In this document: positions 57,118 through 64,000 of the stretch, piece by piece
Layout of the letters: each line of letters begins with the position of its first letter
Position numbering within the stretch: position 1 is the first letter of the stretch
Assembly (NCBI GenBank): GCA_963756135.1
Contig: CAVWMP010000009.1
Coordinates: 43,108-107,107 of the forward strand
Length of the DNA stretch: 64,000 bases
From: an uncultured Actinomycetota bacterium
GTDB taxonomy: Bacteria > Actinomycetota > Actinomycetes > Propionibacteriales > Nocardioidaceae
Reading direction: 5' to 3'
The notes under the pieces: generated by a model
Seen by the model: the letters and a program-made list of their open reading frames with translations, nothing else
The model's database searches: none
Told to the model about the DNA's origin: nothing
Translations under genes and position numbers: made by a program

Positions 57118-58744
57118 ATGAAAACAATGCACCATCACCTATCTCGTGGACGCAGGTTCGGAGTCGGTCTGCTGGCCGTCGCCATGATCGCCGCGACGGC
57201 GGCACTCTCGGTGGGGCCGGCGAGCGGATCGCTCGCCAAGGCGTCGCCCAGCGCGACCCAAGTCGAGGAGCAAATCGCTCCCGCCGGGACGGTACACGCC
57301 AAGAAGCCCGAGGTACGTCAGTTCCGGGCCGAGGGCCGCAAGGCCCTGCCCGACACCAAGCAACCACGCTTCCGGCCGACGATGCCGGAGGCTGCGTATC
57401 GCGCGGCCAAGGACGCCGCGAACAGCCTGGCCCCGACCACCAAGCCGAACGCCCCGAGCGGTCCGCTCGCACCTCCCTCGACGATCCAGCAGTTCAACGG
57501 ACTGAGGCAGACCCAGTCCGGCGGGCTGCGGCCCCCCGACAACGACGGCGCTCATGGTGACCCGCCCGGGTACCTGAACCAGTACGTCGCGATCACCAAC
57601 TCCGCGCTCCGGGTCTACAACATGAACAAGACTCCGCCGTCGGCTCCTCCGGTCATGTCGTTGAACTCGTTCTTCGGGTACACCGCGACGACGGTCTTCG
57701 ACCCGCGGGTCATGTACGACACGATCTGGGACCGCTGGGTCGTCCTGGCCGAGGCGTTCCCCGAGTCGGCAACCGTGCAGCGGGTTTTCATCGCGGTCTC
57801 GCAGACCCCCAACGCCATGAAGGGATGGTGGATCTACAGCTTCGACCGTGGCGGGAGCGGGCCCGGCGAGGTGTTCTGGGACTACGGCCAGCTGGGCATG
57901 GATCAAGACGCTCTCCTGGTCACCGCCAACATCTTCCCGAACTCCGGAGGGTTCGCCGGAGCCGAGTTCTTCTGCTTCTCCAAGGCTGGGATGTACAACG
58001 GCCTCGGCGCGTCGTCGTCGCTCTTCAACGGACTCGACGCCACGCTGGCGCCGCCGCACGTCGTGGATTCCAACGCGAACACCTTCTTGTTGGCCGCGCC
58101 GAACAGCACCAGCAACTTGTCGTTGTACCGCTCCAACGGGTGTGGCAGAACCGGGAACACGCTGGTCAAGCAGGCCGACATCCCGGTTCCGGCATACAGC
58201 ATCCCACCGGATGCGCCCCAACCCGGAACCACCGACCTGCTCGACACCATCGACAACCGGTTCCAGAACCGCAGCAGTCAGTACGGCGACCGTCTCTGGA
58301 ACGTGCACACATTGGCGTTGGGTAGTTTCGCAGCCAACAAGTGGTACGAGATCAACACAGCGACCAACTCGATCGTCCAAAGCGACGTCTTCTTCCGCAG
58401 CGGTTCTTCGGACGACTTCAACCCCAGCCTCCACGCCTCGCCGGACGGGACGATGTTCGTGAGCTGGACGGCGACCGATCCCGGGGCCGGGGTCTTCCCG
58501 CAGATCCGGTATTCGGGTCGATTGGCCACGGACCCGGCGAACTCGACGAACGAGCCGGGAGTGGCGCTGTTCACCAGCCCGACGTTCTACAACGGAAGTT
58601 CGGACACGACCGAGCGGTGGGGCGACTACTCCGCCGTGGTCGACGACGACTCCACGTCCCTGCGCAGGGCCTTCCTGGTGAGTGAGAAAGTTGAGCCCGG
58701 CGGGCGCCTCGTGGGGTTCCCGGATCGGAAGGATCGGCTACTAG
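57118..58744 (+). CDS. Secreted protein of unrecognised family (propeller-like, RWGDYS motif); one frame break near 58700
   Basis: ATG 57118 lies 7 nt after GGAGG. Signal peptide (RRFGVGLLAVAMIAATAALSVGPASG). Beta-rich body with ...TTERWGDYSAVV.... The C-terminus is recovered in the +1 frame as ...EPGGASWGSRIGRIGY* (stop 58742-58744). Codon usage is visibly less GC3-biased than in neighbouring genes. Confidence 0.6.
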
Positions 58745-58855
58745 GCAGGTACGAACATGCAAGACCTGGAGGGGCCGGGGCACGCCGCGGCCCCTCCGGA
58801 TCTTCTACGCAGTTCGCGCCAGCCTTTCGGCGGGCGCCTGAGGGAAAGGCAACTC

Positions 58856-61526
58856 GTGGTGCATCGTCGTGTTCGCGCCGCTCGGTGGTCGTTGTTGGCT
58901 CTAGGGGTGCTGTTCGGCAGTTTTCTGTCGGCGACTCCCAGCGTGGCGGACGAGTCACCGGCGAACGACGACTTCCTCTCCGCGGCGCCGCTCAGCGGTC
59001 TCACGGGCACCTGGTCGGGTACCACCGCGAACGCCACAGCCGAGCCCGGAGAGCCGGCCCACGGCGGAGTGGGTGCCGGCCGGTCGGTATGGCTGACCTG
59101 GACGGCGCCGGAGACCGGGAAGGTGACCTTCACCGCCCAGCCAGGGCCGGGGCAAGCCGTGGTGGCCGCGGCTTACACCGGAAAGACTGTCGACACCCTG
59201 ACCGAGATCGACTCCGCGGTGCGCTCGGACGACGGCGGGCATCCCGTGCGGTTTCGGGTCGTGGCGAACCAGAGCTATCACCTGGCCTTGGACGCCGCCC
59301 CTGGTTCAACCCCGCTGACCGGACCGGTGAGCGTGGACTTCGTGCTCTTCGCGCCGCAGGGTGACGCCTTCGGCGACGCGCGACAACTCGAAGGTCGCTC
59401 CGACTCGGCGAGCACCACCACCTTCGCCGCCAGCCGACAGGCCGGCGAACCCGTTCACGCGTCCTCGGTGCCCACAGGTGGTTCCGTGTGGTTCACCTGG
59501 ACGGCAACCCGCACGGGGACGGCCGCGATCTTCGCAGCCGGCCAGCACACGTCCCCCGCGGTCGCGCTCTACACCGGCGCCTCGGTAGACGCGCTGAACA
59601 GCATCCCGGGCAGCGGATGCGGCCCGGAGACGTGCTTCGCCGTGGTGGGCGGATCGACCTACCACCTGGCCCTCGCGCCTTCCACTGTGGACGCGGCGGG
59701 GGCCCCCCTCGAGGACGACATCGTCGTCCGGCTTCGGCTGGTCGCGCCATCGAACGACGACCTGTCCACGGCCTCGGATCTGCCAGGTGACGCCGGCCAG
59801 CGACGGGTCGTCCTGCGCGGCTCCGCCGAAGCGGGAGAGCCCGCACACGCGGGCGCGCCCGCGGACGCAAGCCGCTGGTATCGCTGGACCCCTGAGGCCG
59901 ACGGGATCGCCGACATCACCCTGACGGGTGCCGGCCGACTGGCGGTCTACCTGCCTGGCGATGGCGGCGTTGACGACCTTCTGCCGTTGTCCCAGAGCGC
60001 TTCCCATGAGGATGCTCCAGCCGAGCTGTCATTCCCGGTCACGGCAGCACGGTCGTTACTGGTGGCCGTCGACGCGCCAGCCGGCGTCGCCGATCCCGCG
60101 CCGGCGGTCACCCTGCGCTACGCACTGGGCGCCCCCGCCAACGATCGGACCGCCGATGCGCAGCGGGTCCACGTTCCCGGAACAGCGACCGGGACGAACC
60201 TGGGCGCAACCGCGAAGGGCGGGCCCATCGTCCCGGGCGGTGACGGCCGGTCCGTCTGGTACCGGCTGGCGCCTCGCAAGGCGACGCCGCTGATGGCACA
60301 GACCGCAGGCAGCTCCTTCGAGACCGCGCTCGCGATCTACGAGCAGACCCGGTCGGGACTGCGGCTGGTGGCCTCCGACGCCGCGGCCGCGGGTCAGCCC
60401 AGCCTGGTGCGCTTCCGGCCGCGGCCACGCCGTATCTACTTCGCCGGAGTCGACGGCCGAGGTGACAGTCGAGGCGATGTGGTGTTCACAGTGGCCCGGG
60501 CCGACGTCGCGGTGATCACCGTCTCCGACATCGTCCTCACCGAGGGCGAACCGGCGCGGTTCCAGATCGGGGTCTCACCGGCGCCGCGCGGGCGAGCCTG
60601 GCTCGACTTCACCACCAGGAGCGGCGTGCGTGCGAAAGCGCCCATGGACTACACCTCGCACGCAGGCCGAATCGTCATCGCTGGCGGTCAAACGAGCCGG
60701 GGGGTGAGCGTCACCACAGTCGACGACGCGCTCGACGAGCCGCGCGAGACCTTCCGGCTGCGGCTCAAGAGTTCCTCACCGAAGTTGTGGCTAGCCCACC
60801 CAGCGGCCGTGGCCGTGCTGACCGACAACGACCTTGCACCCGAACTCACCCTCGGAGCCGGTGAGGAGAATGAACCCGACGGGCCGATCGAGGTCGACGC
60901 GAGCCTTTCCAGACGCAGCGGCCGGCCCGGTCACGGTGAGCCTGTCGACGGTTCAGGACGGGACTCCGCAGCCCAACTCGCCCGCGACCCTGGGCGCCGA
61001 CTACGAGCCTGCCGCAGACACCCTGGTCTTGCCCGCCGGCTCGACAGACGCTCACCTGTCCGTGGACTTGCGCGACGACGCGCTCGACGAACCAACCGAA
61101 CATGTGCTCGTTGCCGCCGGGCCAGTGCTGAACGCGCGAAACGCACCCACGAGTCTCTCCGCAGCCATCCTGGACGATGATCCGACTCCGACCCTCAGCG
61201 TCGCCGACACCGAGGAGATCGAGGGCGCCTCGGGCGCAGTGCGGCGAATCAGCATCCCGGTGACGCTCAGCGCTCCCAGTCAGAACCGGGTGTCGTTCTT
61301 CTTCACCTCCGTGAACGGCACCGCCGTGGGTCCCTTCGACTTCCGCCGGAACAGCGGTGTGCTGACGATCGAGCCCGGCGAGACCATGACGCCGGTGCAC
61401 ATCCTGCTCCGCCCTGACAACCTCGACGAGGGGGAGAGTGAGTACTTCTACATCGACATCTCCAGCCCGGTGAACGCCACGATTGCCGACGAGCGCGGAC
61501 GAGTCCTCATCATCGACGACGACTAG
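58856..61526 (+). CDS. Large secreted protein: 4 repeated ~125-aa modules + 3 Calx-beta domains; one frame break near 60908
   Basis: GTG 58856. Signal peptide (RRVRAARWSLLALGVLFGSFLSATPSVA). Four modules each carry NDDF/GDAF/NDDL/NDR..A...GEP.H...SVW(L/F/Y).W... Three Calx-beta-like units follow (DDALDEPRETFRLRL; DDALDEPTEHVLV; DNLDEGESEYFYIDI). ORF 58757..61180 and ORF 60834..61526 join at ...EVDASLS|DAAAGPVTVSLS.... Confidence 0.7.
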
Positions 61527-61533
61527 GGCGCCA

Positions 61534-61553
61534 GGTGCAACCCCGATTGCACC
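61534..61553 (+). terminator. Hairpin 8 nt after the stop of the large secreted protein gene (weak terminator candidate)
   Basis: GGTGCAA-CCCCGA-TTGCACC. No U-tract follows. Confidence 0.25.
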
Positions 61554-61666
61554 CGAGTCCGATCGGTGTGGGCGCCGTTGTGAACCCGATAGGTGGTCTA
61601 CGGTGACGGCGCCCAAGCGCGGGCTCTCGAATCCTCCGCGTTCCCGCAGGTCAGCGGCGACATCGG

Positions 61667-61739
61667 TGCCCCAGGCAGGAGTCGAACCTGCGACCTTTCG
61701 CTTAGGAGGCGGCTGCTCTATCCGCTGAGCTACTGGGGC
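61667..61739 (-). tRNA. tRNA-Arg (anticodon CCT)
   Basis: The reverse complement reads GCCCCAGTAGCTCAGCGGATAGAGCAGCCGCCTCCTAAGCGAAAGGTCGCAGGTTCGACTCCTGCCTGGGGCA. It has a 7-bp acceptor stem, a D arm GCTC/GAGC, a T arm GCAGG-TTCGACT-CCTGC, and anticodon loop CTCCTAA. The anticodon stem has only 3 Watson-Crick pairs (27-43 and 28-42 mismatched). CCA is not encoded (CCG follows). Confidence 0.8.
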
Positions 61740-62007
61740 CGGACCGGGCCACCCCCGCACCGGGAGGTGGCCTGCGTGTCGGGCACATCCTGACACGTGG
61801 CTGCCCCGCCGCGGCGATCGGCAGGGCGCCCCGAACCGGTCTCGACAGGCGACCGGACGGGCGACCGGACGGGCGGGCGGCGCTACCACATCCGGACTAC
61901 GGTTTGGGTAACGGCACTCGGCCCGCGACAATGGTCACTTGTCCGTGTCTGGCACGCCTGGGGTCTCGGGACGATCCCCGAGCCCCGAGCCCTGGTGAAG
62001 GTGACCG

Positions 62008-63267
62008 ATGTCCGAAGCTGAGCGCGAGGCTGCCCAGCAGGATCCGGACGTTGCCGGGGCACCCGGACGTCGACGCGCTCGCGGTCGCCGCCGGCACACC
62101 GTCGCGCGGGTGCTGCTCGCCACCGTGCTCGTCCTCGGCCTGGTCACCGGGCTGTCCGTGGTCTTCCTGTGGCGCCACCTCAACGGGAACCTCACCGTGA
62201 TGGACGTGACCAGCCAGCTGGACAACCGGCCGGACAAGGTCGAGGTCGAGGGTCCCCAGGAACCGCTCAACGTGCTGGTGATGGGCTCGGACTCCCGCGA
62301 GGGCGACGGCAACAACATCGACGGGCTGACCGGTGGCGGCGCCCGGTCCGACACGACGATCATGTTCCACCTCTCGGCGGACCGGAACCGCGCCTACGGC
62401 GTGAGCATCCCGCGGGACTCGCTGGTCGATCGCCCCGAGTGCGTGAACGACGCGGGGGAGACCATCGCCGGCGGTACCGACGTGATGTGGAACGAGGCGT
62501 TCGCGCTCGGCGGCCCGGCCTGCACCATCCAGCAGTTCGAACAGCTCACCGGCGTCCGGATCGACCACTACGTGGTGGTCGACTTCAACGGGTTCCAGGA
62601 CATGGTCGACGCGATCGACGGGGTGCAGGTCTGCATCCCCGAGGACATCGACGACCCCGAGCACGGCATCAACATCCCGGCCGGCACCCGCGAGGTGCGC
62701 GGCAAGGAGGCCCTCAACTACGTCCGTGCCCGCTACACCCTGGGCGACGGCTCCGACATCGGCCGGATCAAGCGGCAGCAGGCCTTCATCGCGGCGATGA
62801 CCCAGAAGGTCATCTCCGGCGGCACCCTGGCCCGGGTCGACCGGCTGGTGCGCTTCCTCAACGCCGCCACCAAGTCCCTGACCACCGACCTGGAGAGCAT
62901 CGACAAGATCGCCCGGGTCGGTCTCGGCTTCCAGGACATCGGGCTGGGCAACATCAAGTTCATCACCGTGCCGTGGGAGTACGAGACCCGCGAGGAGTAC
63001 CGCGGCCGGGTGTCGTGGACCGACAAGGCGGACGTCCTGTGGCGCCGGATCGCCAAGGACGGCCAGCTGACCCGGGACCTCGACAACGAGGTGATCAAGG
63101 CGGACGCCGTTCCCGGCACCACGACCAGCCCGTCGCCGGACCCGTCCGGCTCCGGTACGCCGAGCGCGGGCGAGTCACCCAGCGCCAGTGGATCCGCCTC
63201 GGCCGCCCCGGACGAGCGGGACGCGGAGCGGGTCCAAGCCCTCGAGGCGGCGGGCCTGTGCACCTGA
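62008..63267 (+). CDS. LytR-CpsA-Psr (LCP) family cell-envelope phosphotransferase
   Basis: Intact 419-aa ORF. N-terminal TM helix, then LNVLVMGSDSREGD, ARSDTTIMFHLSADRNRAYGVSIPRDS, ALNYVRARYTLGDGSDIGRIKRQQAF, and a Ser/Pro-rich tail. Confidence 0.85.
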   Translation: MSEAEREAAQQDPDVAGAPGRRRARGRRRHTVARVLLATVLVLGLVTGLSVVFLWRHLNGNLTVMDVTSQLDNRPDKVEVEGPQEPLNVLVMGSDSREGDGNNIDGLTGGGARSDTTIMFHLSADRNRAYGVSIPRDSLVDRPECVNDAGETIAGGTDVMWNEAFALGGPACTIQQFEQLTGVRIDHYVVVDFNGFQDMVDAIDGVQVCIPEDIDDPEHGINIPAGTREVRGKEALNYVRARYTLGDGSDIGRIKRQQAFIAAMTQKVISGGTLARVDRLVRFLNAATKSLTTDLESIDKIARVGLGFQDIGLGNIKFITVPWEYETREEYRGRVSWTDKADVLWRRIAKDGQLTRDLDNEVIKADAVPGTTTSPSPDPSGSGTPSAGESPSASGSASAAPDERDAERVQALEAAGLCT

Positions 63268-63277
63268 GGCCGGGCCC

Positions 63278-63523
63278 GTGAACGACCAGCCCCCGCACGA
63301 CCAGCCCCCGCACGACCAGCCCCCGCACGACCAGGGCCGTGCGGGCCGGCGTACCGAGACCGACTGGCAGCGCCGCAAGCGACTCGCGGAGGTCTTCGGG
63401 GACGTGCTCCCCGAGACGACGGCCGACGAACGCGAACCCGGATCGGCCGGCGGCGGGTCGGAGCCCGGCGTGGACGCCGGAGAGGCCTGGCTGAGGGCCC
63501 AGGTCCCGCCGCACCACGGCTGA
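63278..63523 (+). CDS. Small hypothetical protein with DQPPH x3 repeat
   Basis: GTG 63278 lies 11 nt after the LCP stop. The product is (M)NDQPPHDQPPHDQPPHDQGRAGRRTETDWQRRKRLAEVFGDVLPETTADERE.... The repeat is encoded by a perfect 15-bp x3 tandem (63284-63328). Confidence 0.45.
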   Translation: MNDQPPHDQPPHDQPPHDQGRAGRRTETDWQRRKRLAEVFGDVLPETTADEREPGSAGGGSEPGVDAGEAWLRAQVPPHHG

Positions 63524-63569
63524 CCCCGACCGGAGCCGCGGGCAGCCGTGGTGCGACTGGACCTGGGGG

Positions 63570-63941
63570 TCAGACCCCGGTGCCGCCGGAGCGCGAGGAG
63601 AGCAGGTCGCGGATCTCCTGGAGGAGCTTGATGTCCTCCGGGGTGCCCGGCTCGGGGCTGGGGAAGTACCTCTCCTTGGCCTCGGTGTAGGGCTTGACGA
63701 CCAGGAAGTAGACGACGGCGGCCAGGATGACGAAGGCGATCACCGCGGTGATCCAGGCGCCGAGCGAGATGCCGCCCGGGCTGTAGTTGGAGAAGTCGGG
63801 CTGTCCGCCGATCTTGCCGATGACGTCCATCAGCAGCGCGACGGTCGCCTCGACCACCGTGGCGAAGGCGCCCGCCATGATGAAGGCCACCGCGAGCTCG
63901 ACGAGATTCCCGCGAAGGATGAAGTTCTTGAAGCCGTCCAT
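63570..63941 (-). CDS. mscL: Large-conductance mechanosensitive channel
   Basis: MDGFKNFILRGNLVELAVAFIMAGAFATVVEA..., a second TM (ITAVIAFVILAAVVYFLVV) and a charged C-terminal helix. 123 aa. Confidence 0.9.
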   Translation of the reverse strand: MDGFKNFILRGNLVELAVAFIMAGAFATVVEATVALLMDVIGKIGGQPDFSNYSPGGISLGAWITAVIAFVILAAVVYFLVVKPYTEAKERYFPSPEPGTPEDIKLLQEIRDLLSSRSGGTGV

Positions 63942-64000
63942 GTGTCCGTTCCTGTCTGAGACCTGAGTGGTGCATGGGCGCTCCCCCCTGGAGTGCCGCT

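Overview
High-GC actinobacterial chromosome segment, almost entirely coding. In order it holds: the 3' end of an mce operon (MceD/E/F positions plus Mce-associated membrane proteins); rpoB-rpoC with a strong terminator; a DUF222/HNH gene; two ECF sigma modules, one coupled by 4-nt overlaps to an anti-sigma factor, an ABC ATPase and two membrane proteins; glutaminase; and a MEDS-domain partner-switching pair. A long co-directional, tightly packed gene string follows (geranylgeranyl reductase, acyltransferase, double Nudix, Fe-ADH, FAD/Fe-S oxidase, a 27-codon TM micro-ORF, methyltransferase, secreted protein, topoisomerase IB, macrodomain). After that come serC, citrate synthase, pdxH, TetR plus two ABC exporter genes, MarR, a GH13 glucosidase, a hotdog protein, photolyase, IdeR/DtxR, an AbiEi/DUF559-like gene bracketed by palindromic repeat units, DUF2277-Sir2, a beta-propeller protein and a saccharopine-dehydrogenase-like gene. 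The window ends with a block of lower third-codon-position GC (GC3) holding two large secreted proteins and abutting tRNA-Arg(CCT), then an LCP protein and mscL. I saw no CRISPR array, rRNA, transposase, integrase or recognisable multi-gene defence operon. Main caveat: many genes, including rpoB and rpoC, are interrupted by single-base indels (mostly extra G/C). These indels are strongly clustered at about 41.5-46.3 kb and 53.6-56.8 kb, while 12.5-41.5 kb has none that I can detect. Removing one base restores family-consensus peptides each time, so I treat them as consensus errors and have merged the ORF-track fragments. The most noteworthy items are the tRNA-proximal secreted-protein block with a 4x repeated module plus 3 Calx-beta domains, the repeat units flanking the AbiEi-like gene, a 36-bp-arm inverted repeat upstream of DUF2277-Sir2, the sigma/anti-sigma/ABC five-gene unit and the MEDS pair. 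All product calls rest on motifs I recognise by eye; no database search was run.
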